The notes beneath the pieces were generated by a model. That model was not told the DNA's origin. It saw nothing but the letters and a program-made list of their open reading frames with translations, and did no database searches. Of a stretch of 64,000 nt of DNA, positions 1 through 9,281 are shown piece by piece. The stretch comes from an uncultured bacterium. GTDB taxonomy: Bacteria > Babelota > Babeliae > Babelales > Babelaceae. Position 1 is the stretch's first letter; each line of letters starts with the position of its first letter. The DNA is taken from positions 864,001-928,000 of the forward strand of contig OY970332.1 in assembly GCA_963717435.1 (NCBI GenBank), in the 5' to 3' direction. The position numbers and the translations under genes were made by a program.

Positions 1-984
1 ATTTGGCGGCTGAAAAAGTGGGATAACTGTTTTATAATCTTGAGATTTTCTGAAATCTATTACCCAAATTAAGCCCAATATGAATACTAAAAACAAGCCC
101 AGCAGCGCAATAATAATATTTAAGTTATCTACCAATAACCATATAATTTTCTGAATAAAACTTGGTTGTGTAACGTATCCCTTGGGCCATGTTGCAACTA
201 TAGTTAGTCCCTCACCTGGATCAAGTCTTTTTGTTGTTTTAAATATTATTTTGTTGCTTAATATGTTGCTTGATTTTGTTTCCCCGCTCGTCCCGAGTGA
301 AATTCCGGAGGAATTTAGTATCAGCTCGCCCGGCGAAGCTTTAAGCGAAGCCTGGGAGGGATCGGCGATTTTGGCCCCGTAATCTTGCCCTTTTTCTCCA
401 AAATAGCCAGTATAAGCTTCAAATTTTATTTTTTCACTTGGGATATTATTGTCCGGCAAAATAACAGTGGCTTCTGCTTTTTCTATAGGTAATCGCCAAC
501 CATTCCCAGTTACGTTCCAGTAAAGTTCATCAAATTTCTCAAAGTAACCAAGTTGCCTGTTAGTTCTATAATTAATTTCGTAACTATAAATACCGGGGGT
601 TAAATATATATCTGGGTTGCCAATATAAATATATACCCCATTATTTCTTCTTTCTATCTTATATTGCTCTTTATTACCGTTTTTAAGTACAGATTTAAGT
701 TCAAATTTTACATTATAATTATTATTAAACTTGTCTTTATATTTTGTTGGGAATTCGCGTACAATTCCACGTTTTATCTGCGCCCCCATGGCATTAACAG
801 TGATCTTTTCCGTTACATTAAGAGAGCCATCTTTTTCTATTTTTATAAAACTCTCAAATTTAACTATTTTTTCGTTACTGTAATTTTCCCAGTAACAAAA
901 TATATTACTTATTAAAAAAATGGGCCCTAACGTTACTAGGGCCCTTAATATCAGACTTTTTTTCTTACACGCATTTATTTTCAT
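1..984 (-). CDS. DUF2207 family membrane protein (LemA partner), runs off the window edge; contains an in-frame repeat insertion
   Basis: Absent from the ORF track; hand translation from ATG 984 is open to position 1: MKINAC...GSLNVTEKITV...IKRGIVREFP...FDELYWNVTGNGWRLPIEKA...LDPGEGLTIVATWPKGYV, then a TM helix and VIPLFQPP. Lies downstream of lemA. Confidence 0.85.
   Translation of the reverse strand, partial: MKINACKKKSLILRALVTLGPIFLISNIFCYWENYSNEKIVKFESFIKIEKDGSLNVTEKITVNAMGAQIKRGIVREFPTKYKDKFNNNYNVKFELKSVLKNGNKEQYKIERRNNGVYIYIGNPDIYLTPGIYSYEINYRTNRQLGYFEKFDELYWNVTGNGWRLPIEKAEATVILPDNNIPSEKIKFEAYTGYFGEKGQDYGAKIADPSQASLKASPGELILNSSGISLGTSGETKSSNILSNKIIFKTTKRLDPGEGLTIVATWPKGYVTQPSFIQKIIWLLVDNLNIIIALLGLFLVFILGLIWVIDFRKSQDYKTVIPLFQPPN
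282..365 (+). repeat. Outer hairpin element with a nested 33-bp inner element (323-355), in frame in the DUF2207 gene
   Basis: CCCCGCTCGTCCCGAGTG-AAATTCCGGAGGAATTT-AGTATC[AGCTCGCCCGGCGAAGCTTTAAGCGAAGCCTGG]GAGGGATCGG; with the insert removed it closely matches the reverse complement of 26311-26360. Confidence 0.9.
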
Positions 985-1013
985 ATATGCCTCACTGTCG
1001 ATCTGTGTTCTAT

Positions 1014-1076
1014 CCCCGCCGTCTTTAATATCGCCTGCGCGCCGAAGCTTTAGCGTAGGCGTGAGGGATTGGCGGG
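1014..1076 (+). repeat. Intergenic hairpin carrying a 30-bp inner element (1033-1062)
   Basis: CCCGCC...AATATC[GCCTGCGCGCCGAAGCTTTAGCGTAGGCGT]GAGGGATTGGCGGG. Confidence 0.75.
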
Positions 1077-1081
1077 CTGTC

Positions 1082-1645
1082 TTAAAACTTAACCTGTGGA
1101 TTTTCTCTTTCAATCCCATTAGAAAGTTCAAAATATTCAGCTTTTTTAAAGCCCAATCCTGAAGCTATTAAGTTCTTTGGAAATACTGTAATTCCAATAT
1201 TATAGTTTCTTGCAGCGCCATTATAATATCTTCTTGATAGCTGAATATCGTTTTCTATATTATTCAAATCTTCTTGAAGTTTCATAAAGTTTTGATTTGC
1301 TTTTAGTTCAGGGTAGTTTTCAGCGACGGCAAAAAGTGTTTTTAAAGCCGAAGTTAAACCTGTTTCAGCTATAGATTTTTGGTCTATAGTACTGGCACCC
1401 ATGGATGCGGCACGCAATTTGGCTATATTTTCAAAAATATCTTTCTCGTGGATACTATACTGTTTTACAGTTGCTACCAGGTTTGGAATCAGGTCATAAC
1501 GTCTTTTTAATTGAACATCGATACCCGACCAACCCTCATCAACCATGGCTTTTAGGTGAACCAAGCCGTTATAAGCTGAAATTGCATAAAGGGCCAAAAC
1601 GCCCAAAACTGCCAAAATCACTATCAAAGTTGTGTTTATTTCCAT
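1082..1645 (-). CDS. lemA: LemA family protein
   Basis: N-terminal TM; GWSGIDVQLKRRYDLIPNLV, VAENYPELKANQNF, SRRYYNG motifs. Confidence 0.95.
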   Translation of the reverse strand: MEINTTLIVILAVLGVLALYAISAYNGLVHLKAMVDEGWSGIDVQLKRRYDLIPNLVATVKQYSIHEKDIFENIAKLRAASMGASTIDQKSIAETGLTSALKTLFAVAENYPELKANQNFMKLQEDLNNIENDIQLSRRYYNGAARNYNIGITVFPKNLIASGLGFKKAEYFELSNGIERENPQVKF

Positions 1646-1993
1646 TTTTACTCCTAAAAGTTATTGTTTTAAACACTTTTCTTCTATAACTATTATAACA
1701 CAGATTTATATTTCCCATAACTTGCAGTTTTTTTAGTAAAAACCCAACACTGTTTTTCAGGGTTATTACAGGAGTGTTTTTAGCTGTCGCCAAAACTTGC
1801 TGTAAAAACTCTTGAATTTAGTTGTTAATTTCAGATATGATTAAATTGTAGTAAAAATATTTGTGAATTAAAAAGCAACGGCGGCGGATTTGATTTACAG
1901 TGATTGTGGATAAATTTAATTGAAATAAAAAGTGAGTTTGAATCAAGTAAAGAATGTTTAATAATTATTAAAAAACCAATTTAAGGAGGTTTT

Positions 1994-2335
1994 ATGAAGA
2001 AGAGTTTATTATTTGCAAGTTTGGTCGCTTTGGCAGGTAGCTTAAGCGCCTACGATCTTATAATTGAAAATAAGTTACCGGCTGTTGCCTACTATTTAAT
2101 TGAATACGGTTCTGGTTCGCCAGACAAGGGATACCTTGCACCAGTTGGGCAAGAAGGCTCGAGCGACACTGTTCTTACGCATGGAAGTTGCGTAAATAAA
2201 GTCGCTGCAAAAAATAATGACACAGGTGCCTGGGCCGATGATTGGAAAGGTTTCGATCTTTGCAAGTCTACAAAGTTTTCCATTCAAAGGGCGGCTAACG
2301 GTGGAGTAGAAATTAAACGAATTTATGATTTCTAG
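1994..2335 (+). CDS. Small secreted hypothetical protein
   Basis: AGGAGG RBS; signal peptide MKKSLLFASLVALAGSLSA; followed by a terminator. Confidence 0.8.
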   Translation: MKKSLLFASLVALAGSLSAYDLIIENKLPAVAYYLIEYGSGSPDKGYLAPVGQEGSSDTVLTHGSCVNKVAAKNNDTGAWADDWKGFDLCKSTKFSIQRAANGGVEIKRIYDF

Positions 2336-2376
2336 AAATCGGCTCCATAAGTGTTAGAGCTTAGGATTAAGAATTG

Positions 2377-2406
2377 AAAAGGGCCGTTTAATTACGGCCC
2401 TTTTTT
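2377..2406 (+). terminator. Intrinsic terminator, probably bidirectional
   Basis: AAAAGGGCCGT-loop-ACGGCCCTTTTTT. Confidence 0.8.
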
Positions 2407-2422
2407 GTAATAAACCAATTAA

Positions 2423-2806
2423 ATGGTCAGAACTATGAATAAAAAAATATTATTTTTTGCTATTTGTTTAAGTCTTGCAAGAAATACTTATGGATATACG
2501 GTTACTATTGAAAATCAGTTTGATGTTACAGTAAGAGTAACAACTGAATATCAGAACCCGGAATTATGTCCGTTATTTAGTTTTGATGTCCCATCTGGTC
2601 AGATTCGTGAACAAAAATATACAGACGACTGTTGTTTGACAAAGCTTACTGTCGAGGCCAAAGACAGGACATATTATCAGTTTGGAACAGGAGCCTGCAC
2701 GAACTTTTATTATATTATTAGGCCCAAAGCTGATACTAGAGATTTCTTTATAGATCAAAATAACGGTTCTACTATCGATATGCAGGGTAGCAAATTTAGG
2801 GGTTAG
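2423..2806 (+). CDS. Small secreted Cys-containing hypothetical protein, possible paralog of 1994..2335
   Basis: Signal peptide; mature N-terminus YTVTIENQ resembles YDLIIENK. Confidence 0.7.
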   Translation: MVRTMNKKILFFAICLSLARNTYGYTVTIENQFDVTVRVTTEYQNPELCPLFSFDVPSGQIREQKYTDDCCLTKLTVEAKDRTYYQFGTGACTNFYYIIRPKADTRDFFIDQNNGSTIDMQGSKFRG

Positions 2807-2811
2807 AGTTT

Positions 2812-5800
2812 TTATTCAAAAATATCGCCCGATATTTTTATATCAAAATATTTTGGCAGTACTATTTTTTCTATAAGCTTAGAAGAAGCTAGCATATCTT
2901 CTTTGTTTTCTGATCTTACAATAACATGGGAATTTATGTCTTTTAACGTCGACTCTAATTCGACGATTAATTTGATAAAAAGTTTTATTCCAGCAATTCT
3001 GTCGCTATCTGTTGATATAGTTTCTTTTGCTCCAGAATTATCTGTACTATTTTCAGAATCTGCGTTGTCATCTAAGATTTCTTTCACGCTGTGTTTTTGT
3101 GACAATAAATTTTTGTTCGAAGAAGCAGAAGAGTCCAGTTCTTTTTCCAGCTTTTGCCATAAGTTTTTTTCTTCAATCTTCTTCAATAATTCTGAAGTTG
3201 ACATGGCAATGTTGCCCTTGTTGGCAAGAAAAGCTTCCATTTGATGATCCGTTACTAAATCTGTAATTATATTCTGATCATCTTCAACAGGCGTGTAGGT
3301 ATACGCATAAAGCATGAAAAATGTTCCAGGGTTGGACCAATCCATACAGTGTGCGATATCTTTGTGAATCCCCCATTTTCTTTGCTTCTTTTTAGATTCA
3401 ATAATATGAAACTTCTCGATAGGCTTATATTTATCTTTGTTTTCACTTAAATCTACTATTGGCAGTCGCTTTTCAAGAGCATAAAGATAACCAGATTTGT
3501 CGCGTTTAATTATTAATGGAGGCACGCCGTACGGTATTTTTTCAGGAACCAAAAACTGCCCGTTTTCAGATTTACAATAAACAAGTTGTGAAATGATCCC
3601 GTACCATTGCGCACGAATTGGTGTAACAAAATTTTGAAACTGTTCAAAGTCTTGACAGCTTTCATGCATCACGCCAACTACTGTTGTTTTTACGCCATTA
3701 GTTAAAATAAGTTCTGAGCCACGTTTGATCTGATTTTTGTAACTTGTATCTGGAATCTCTCCGTCCATGCCGGACCATATGCTCGAATAATACTCGTGAT
3801 TAATATAATTTTGAAATAAATTTACAATTTTATTATTAAGATCTAATAATTTTTTCGAATCAAATTTTAAAAGAATATTATAAACTTTATCAAGCGCATA
3901 TTGAGAATCTCTCAACTCATGTTCTTTTGACAGCTTTTCTTGTACATGTTTTAAAATATCTTCGCCTTGCGCAGCTATAACTCTTTGCACTTCTGACTTT
4001 AAATCTTTTTCAAGCGTTTTTCCTGAAATTAAATTTAAGCTTTCGCCTGCGTGTTTTTCCAATATATTATACATAGATAATCTTAAAGCGGTTTCTATAA
4101 CAAGATTTTCAGCAAGCTTGGCTCTGCAGTCGTTTAATAGTTTATAATTTTCTGCTTCTCTGTGTACCATTATTTTGTAGAAGCTATTTTCGATATCAAA
4201 TCTGTCTTTAAACAATTTTTTCGCGTACTGCAAAATAAAGTTAACACGAATATTTTCTCTTGATGTTCTTGGGTACATACTCAAGAAGTTAACAAATACC
4301 ACTCGTTCGATACCTTGGGCCTTCATCTTGTCTATCAAAATTTGCATGAAATCTTTATAACTTAATGGAAGCGACAGGCCCTTTACGAATAACATCTGTT
4401 CAGGCACAGCGTTTTTAAGACCAGTTGAATGGGTGGTTGCTAACGGTACAAGAATTTTTAAAGTTTTATTCTCTTTTTTATTAAATATATAATGGCTATT
4501 TTCAAACTCGAATGGGACCCAGTCCTGATCAAGCTTGTTTAAATTTACTACCTGTTGCGCGAAGTGATATTCGATATTACTGTCACTATTATTAGTATTA
4601 TTACTGTTATTAGAGTAAAGCTCAAGATTTTCGCGTATAACTTGATTTTTTAGATGCTCAAAATTTTCTATAAGCTTTTCACGATTTTCAGAAACAAATT
4701 TTAAAATTTTATTAATATCATGTTCTTGAAGATCTTTTTTGGTTGATACGTCAGAGTAAACAAACCCCTCAGGTTTTATCGTAAAATGACTTATTTGGGC
4801 AGGAAGATCCACCAAAAACAATTTGTCTTTTAACTTATATACTGTCGCTTCTTGACTTGACGAGTTATCGCAACGTTCATATTTTTCAAATTGATCAGAA
4901 TATTTTTGCCAATTTTGTATATTATTTAATAAAGTACTTTTTCCGACGCCATCAACAAAACTGCCGAATATATAAGCAGTGTTTTTATCTTCTATTGGCT
5001 TTATATATTTTTCAAATTCTGTAATAAATTTTTGAGCGTTAGCAGTCGCGCCAGCCTTTTGTATAGATAGCGTCTCTATAGGGTAAGTTATATCTGGTCC
5101 GACAAATATCTTTTTGATATTACATTTGCCCTTAACCAACATGCTGGCATATTCTGTAGAGAATAAAATATCTTGTGTTGCAATATTATTCCCAAATCCA
5201 CTTTTGCATGATTTTTCAAACAAGAATTTCCAGAAATCCACTATGCTGCTCAAGCAAGCAACAGGGTCCTTGGAATATATTTTTCGTTCTATTTCGTTTC
5301 TGATTTGAATTATATAATCAAAATCTTTATCTAATGCATGCTTTTGGAAAACTACGTTGTTGTCATCAAAAAAATTAATATTTTTTGCATGGACATGTTC
5401 AAATATCGCGGGGCTGTCTGGGTGCCACTTTTTTTCTAACCAGTTTGCATCTTTTAAAACAAATCCTGTTAAGAAGCCAAACATGTTTCTTGCTGATTTT
5501 TCTGAACCAGAATTATTTTTTAGTATCGCTTCATCATGAATATCTTCACGATCCCAGCTTGAAGTATACGGCGGCATTCCGTCTTCCTGGTACCCAATAA
5601 TTAATATATCATGATCAACTTTAATCTGATTTTGTTTTATAAACTCTCTAAGTTGCAAAAAACTATTAGCCGTTTTTTTTAGAGTATATGGGTGATATTC
5701 TCGAGTGTATTTACTCTCAAGATCATACTTGTCTATAAAACTATCTATAAAATTATCAGGGTTTGCTTCTGAAAATAAAAAATTTACACAGAACAAGCTT

Positions 5801-5832
5801 AGCATTAACATGCTAGATTTTTTATTAATCAT
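2812..5832 (-). CDS. Large hypothetical protein with an atypical P-loop (GTPase-like); alternative start at 6069
   Basis: Signal peptide from MINKKSS (ATG 5832); FVDGVGKSTLLN Walker A-like motif and LFLVDLPA G3-like motif. Confidence 0.7.
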   Translation of the reverse strand: MINKKSSMLMLSLFCVNFLFSEANPDNFIDSFIDKYDLESKYTREYHPYTLKKTANSFLQLREFIKQNQIKVDHDILIIGYQEDGMPPYTSSWDREDIHDEAILKNNSGSEKSARNMFGFLTGFVLKDANWLEKKWHPDSPAIFEHVHAKNINFFDDNNVVFQKHALDKDFDYIIQIRNEIERKIYSKDPVACLSSIVDFWKFLFEKSCKSGFGNNIATQDILFSTEYASMLVKGKCNIKKIFVGPDITYPIETLSIQKAGATANAQKFITEFEKYIKPIEDKNTAYIFGSFVDGVGKSTLLNNIQNWQKYSDQFEKYERCDNSSSQEATVYKLKDKLFLVDLPAQISHFTIKPEGFVYSDVSTKKDLQEHDINKILKFVSENREKLIENFEHLKNQVIRENLELYSNNSNNTNNSDSNIEYHFAQQVVNLNKLDQDWVPFEFENSHYIFNKKENKTLKILVPLATTHSTGLKNAVPEQMLFVKGLSLPLSYKDFMQILIDKMKAQGIERVVFVNFLSMYPRTSRENIRVNFILQYAKKLFKDRFDIENSFYKIMVHREAENYKLLNDCRAKLAENLVIETALRLSMYNILEKHAGESLNLISGKTLEKDLKSEVQRVIAAQGEDILKHVQEKLSKEHELRDSQYALDKVYNILLKFDSKKLLDLNNKIVNLFQNYINHEYYSSIWSGMDGEIPDTSYKNQIKRGSELILTNGVKTTVVGVMHESCQDFEQFQNFVTPIRAQWYGIISQLVYCKSENGQFLVPEKIPYGVPPLIIKRDKSGYLYALEKRLPIVDLSENKDKYKPIEKFHIIESKKKQRKWGIHKDIAHCMDWSNPGTFFMLYAYTYTPVEDDQNIITDLVTDHQMEAFLANKGNIAMSTSELLKKIEEKNLWQKLEKELDSSASSNKNLLSQKHSVKEILDDNADSENSTDNSGAKETISTDSDRIAGIKLFIKLIVELESTLKDINSHVIVRSENKEDMLASSKLIEKIVLPKYFDIKISGDIFE

Positions 5833-5870
5833 CCATATATTTTCCGGTACTTTGGGCAGATTTTCATGAT

Positions 5871-6002
5871 CCGCTCGTCCTGAGTGTTTTTTGAGCGTAT
5901 TGCGCGAAAAAAACGTATCGAAGGATCGGATCACGGGTTCGCTGTATCCTTCGATACATTCTACTTCGCTCTCCGAGCTTCGTAGAACACTCAGGACGAG
6001 CG
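5871..6002. repeat. Inverted pair of outer hairpin elements (5871-5927 and 5946-6002)
   Basis: CCGCTCGTCCTGAGTG...GTATCGAAGGATC and ATCCTTCGATAC...CACTCAGGACGAGCG. Confidence 0.9.
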
Positions 6003-6058
6003 AGTGTAGATCAAGCTTTGCTTTGAATTTTGAAAATATTTTTAAAATAACTGAGTTT

Positions 6059-6934
6059 CTAATCACCATAATCTGCCTGCTTATTTTGTTTTTTTAGCAA
6101 ACTTACTATTTGTTGGTTTTTCTCGTATAACTCAGCATATATTGCTTCAAATTTCGTTTTGTCATAAGTCGCATTTGACCAGGTTTTTAATTTAGCAACC
6201 TGTTTTTTAAGCTCTTTATTAAACTTCACAGCCAGCTGACAATATTTCTTATAAAGCTCTGAATTATTAATATGGGCGTAAGAGTATTTGATTGCTTCTG
6301 AAAATTGGTTCACCAAGCAGTCGCAATAAAATGCATAAAAAACAAACATTGGATGATGCTCCCCTTGGGGCACATCAAGTTGTTGTGCAATATCCAAAAT
6401 GGGTATTAACCCATTCTCTGAAGCAATTTTTTTTGTAACTTGAATAAGATCTATGTCTTTATTATAAGATTTTAGATAAATATTTTTTAAAAATATTTCA
6501 TAAACTGTGCATTGCCAAAGTGACTTTGAATAAAGCTGTGTGATATCATCACAGTCTTTTTCATTAAAGTAATCAGCTCTTGTTTGCGATTGCGCAAGCA
6601 TTAAAATTGCAAGTTCTAACCCTTTAAAAAAATCTTTTAGCTGGAGATTTAAAAGCTCCTGCATAACCCACGGTGCATTGGGTTTAAACTCATCTAACTG
6701 TTTCTTGAAGCTTTCCAGCCCCAATATCTCAGTAGTATTTGTTTCAGATATTTTTTTGCTAATTAGATTTTGTATAGATTCTGTTTCTTGTTCCCGCTCG
6801 TCCCGAGTGTTCTTCGAAGCCTTGGCGAAGAAGAATGTATCGAGGGATTGCGATGTGCTCTTAGCGAGATTAGGGCTAAGTAATATAGCAACTAAAGCAA
6901 GAACCAGTAGTTCAGATTTAAGTTTTATTGCCAT
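6059..6934 (-). CDS. Secreted hypothetical protein with an in-frame repeat after the signal peptide
   Basis: ATG 6934 with G-rich RBS; signal peptide MAIKLKSELLVLALVAILLSPNLA. Confidence 0.75.
   Translation of the reverse strand: MAIKLKSELLVLALVAILLSPNLAKSTSQSLDTFFFAKASKNTRDEREQETESIQNLISKKISETNTTEILGLESFKKQLDEFKPNAPWVMQELLNLQLKDFFKGLELAILMLAQSQTRADYFNEKDCDDITQLYSKSLWQCTVYEIFLKNIYLKSYNKDIDLIQVTKKIASENGLIPILDIAQQLDVPQGEHHPMFVFYAFYCDCLVNQFSEAIKYSYAHINNSELYKKYCQLAVKFNKELKKQVAKLKTWSNATYDKTKFEAIYAELYEKNQQIVSLLKKQNKQADYGD
6793..6848 (+). repeat. Outer hairpin element, in frame in CDS 6059..6934
   Basis: CCCGCTCGTCCCGAGTG-TTCTTCGAAGCCTTGGCGAAGAAGAA-TGTATCGAGGGAT; encodes SLDTFFFAKASKNTRDER. Confidence 0.9.
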
Positions 6935-6956
6935 TTTAACCGCCCCCTTTTTTATT

Positions 6957-8081
6957 TTAGAACCAACTGTTATTTTCAGCCAAATTAGCCTCAAAATCCA
7001 CAAACATCTTGCTTACGTTATTCATAGCGGCAAGTCTGTTTTTTATCGCAGCAAGATTGTGCGATGCAATAAGATCTGAAATATCTGCAAGATTGTTTTT
7101 AAAGTTCTCGGCCAAACTGTCCAAGCCAGATCTTGCTGCAGCAGGCATGTCTTTGTTCTTCACTTTGGTAGCATAAAGCATGTATGCGATAACTCTATGA
7201 CCCTCTTTTAATAATTGGGCATAAGCCATATTCAAATTCTCTCTGCTTAGCTGTGCATATAGTTCGTCACCAGATTTTTCAGTGCCAACTATCGTGCATG
7301 CATTAACCATCTCTAGCGCAGATTCAAAGTTAGTATGATGGGTAATAAAATATTCGTAACTAAGAGGCATAAAATGCTTGTAAAAGCTTCTGCTTGTCCA
7401 TGCTATTGCCGCACCTAGCGCCAACTGGAACCCTATTCCTGTTCCAATTCCCCAAATTCCATGGAAAAAGCTGCTAATATACCCGCGTTCTGGTTCTATA
7501 TGAGTCTTGTTTTGCCAGTTTATCAATAACGCATTCAATTCAGATGGCGAAAGTTGTTTTAGAAAACAGATTAGAGTTCTGAGTAAATTTATATTTTTGC
7601 TTTGTTTTGGCTTTTCACGACCAATTTCATCTAGAGAATCCAAAAGTTCGCGAATTTCACTTTTTTTCTGCTCGGCATCTACATGAACTTTTCTATCAGC
7701 TTCTATCAAATTAACTAGATCTATTAATTCGTCTTTTGCAGCTTTCCGCGGCTTGCCTATCTTCGAATATAAATCTTTGCAGGTTGAGACTACATCTTTT
7801 TGGTACAAATAATATCCAGCACCTAAAGCCACTGTCGCATACCCAAGTGTTCTAAATTTACTGTTTTTTTCTTCAAGACTAATTATTGTTTTGATCTCAT
7901 GCAAAATTTGATCGCGATTAATAATCAGAGCAGATTTTTTTTCTTGCAAAGTTTGTTCTGCTATTTTTGGTTCAGCAACTTGCGTTTGAGCAATTAAGCT
8001 GTTAGCACAAAACAGAGCCAATAATATTTTGCAACTTAAGTTTTTATTTATAAGTTTTAAGCTTGTCATCTCAGACTCCAA
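6957..8081 (-). CDS. Hypothetical secreted/membrane protein
   Basis: 374-aa ORF; signal peptide; glycine-rich hydrophobic segment GIWGIGTGIGFQLALGAAIAW. Confidence 0.75.
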   Translation of the reverse strand: MESEMTSLKLINKNLSCKILLALFCANSLIAQTQVAEPKIAEQTLQEKKSALIINRDQILHEIKTIISLEEKNSKFRTLGYATVALGAGYYLYQKDVVSTCKDLYSKIGKPRKAAKDELIDLVNLIEADRKVHVDAEQKKSEIRELLDSLDEIGREKPKQSKNINLLRTLICFLKQLSPSELNALLINWQNKTHIEPERGYISSFFHGIWGIGTGIGFQLALGAAIAWTSRSFYKHFMPLSYEYFITHHTNFESALEMVNACTIVGTEKSGDELYAQLSRENLNMAYAQLLKEGHRVIAYMLYATKVKNKDMPAAARSGLDSLAENFKNNLADISDLIASHNLAAIKNRLAAMNNVSKMFVDFEANLAENNSWF

Positions 8082-8085
8082 ATTT

Positions 8086-9060
8086 TTAATTTAACCCAGC
8101 TAAGCTAGAAAGATCCATGTCACCTAATGACATTCCTGATGACTTTGAAGATCCTGATGAGCTACTTGCAGAAGGTTCCATAAATTTATTTTCTTGCTTA
8201 GATCCAAGATCAGAACCATAATTTATCAACTGCGCTATATACTTTAAATCTTGGCACACAATTGACAACCATGTTTTAAGTTCGCCATGCTTTTCTTGCA
8301 TCTCTTTTAGAGATTTTGTATCGGCTATTATTTCTCTCATGTGAACTAAATCTGATATTGTGTAGCCAATTTGTATAGCTATTGATTCTTGATCACATCC
8401 ACTAAAAGAATTACTAAACTTTAGGGCCATTCTTCTTATGATTCCTGACTTATCAGCTCTTGCTGCTTCTGGGCTATACCAGATTAAAGATCTCTTGAAA
8501 AATCTGATTGTATAATCGATTTCAGCCAATATTCTTAATTTAACAGGGATCCAAGAATTGCTTGAACCAGTATTGGTATCAATCTCTGCACGCTTTTCTT
8601 TTGAAAAATTACCCAAGGAAACTTGAGTATAGGGCGTAATTTGCTTTGTTAATCTGTTATTAATAATAATTAGTATATCCCAATCAAGCGGCTTCATTTG
8701 GGTCAAGAATCTGTGATACAAATGTATGAATGAGGATGTTAGGGCATCCCAACCTATAGGAAAAACGCGGAACATTTTTTCAGCCGTAGCCCTTATCGCC
8801 CCAGAAAGGGCATCATGTACGCCTTTATCAAAAGCTAGAGAGATTTTTGCGCGCCAATTTTTTAGCTTTTGCAGCGCTTCTAGGTCACTTCCACCACCAA
8901 TTAGCATTCTTCGAAGCATAAGCTCCTCGTCGACTTTTGATGTTCTTGCGTCATCGTTCTCTGTAGCCGCATCCTTCTTCATTCCCCAAATTGTTGCAAA
9001 AGAAGCTTGAATCAACAGAACCATAACTAGTTTTGTTGCAAATTTGTTTGTTTTTTCCAT
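8086..9060 (-). CDS. Hypothetical secreted protein with Ser-rich C-terminus
   Basis: Long ORF (track start 9075); signal-like N-terminus from MEKTNK. Confidence 0.75.
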   Translation of the reverse strand: MEKTNKFATKLVMVLLIQASFATIWGMKKDAATENDDARTSKVDEELMLRRMLIGGGSDLEALQKLKNWRAKISLAFDKGVHDALSGAIRATAEKMFRVFPIGWDALTSSFIHLYHRFLTQMKPLDWDILIIINNRLTKQITPYTQVSLGNFSKEKRAEIDTNTGSSNSWIPVKLRILAEIDYTIRFFKRSLIWYSPEAARADKSGIIRRMALKFSNSFSGCDQESIAIQIGYTISDLVHMREIIADTKSLKEMQEKHGELKTWLSIVCQDLKYIAQLINYGSDLGSKQENKFMEPSASSSSGSSKSSGMSLGDMDLSSLAGLN

Positions 9061-9239
9061 TTTTAACCGTCCCATATTTTATATAGTTTTTATTTCAAAA
9101 CTGCTTTTATGCCGAAAAAATAACTTATATATAATTTTAATTAAAATAACGAGATATTACAAATGGTGGAGGTTATAGGGAGCTTATTTACAGGTTTAAC
9201 CTGTATTTTGGTTTTTTATGGGGGGGGTGGCGATAATAA

Positions 9240-9263
9240 TCGGGCCCCGTGATTGGGGCCCGA
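9240..9263 (-). terminator. Hairpin/terminator downstream of uvrA
   Basis: TCGGGCCCC-GTGATT-GGGGCCCGA. Confidence 0.6.
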
Positions 9264-9281
9264 ATTGGTATTTTTTGCTAT

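Noticed and set aside
182-382. Short track ORFs overlapping repeats (182..382, 920..1162, 5891..6097, 34024..34239)
   Set aside because: They are antisense or overlapping frames kept open by the GC-rich, stop-poor repeat; no RBS or family motifs.
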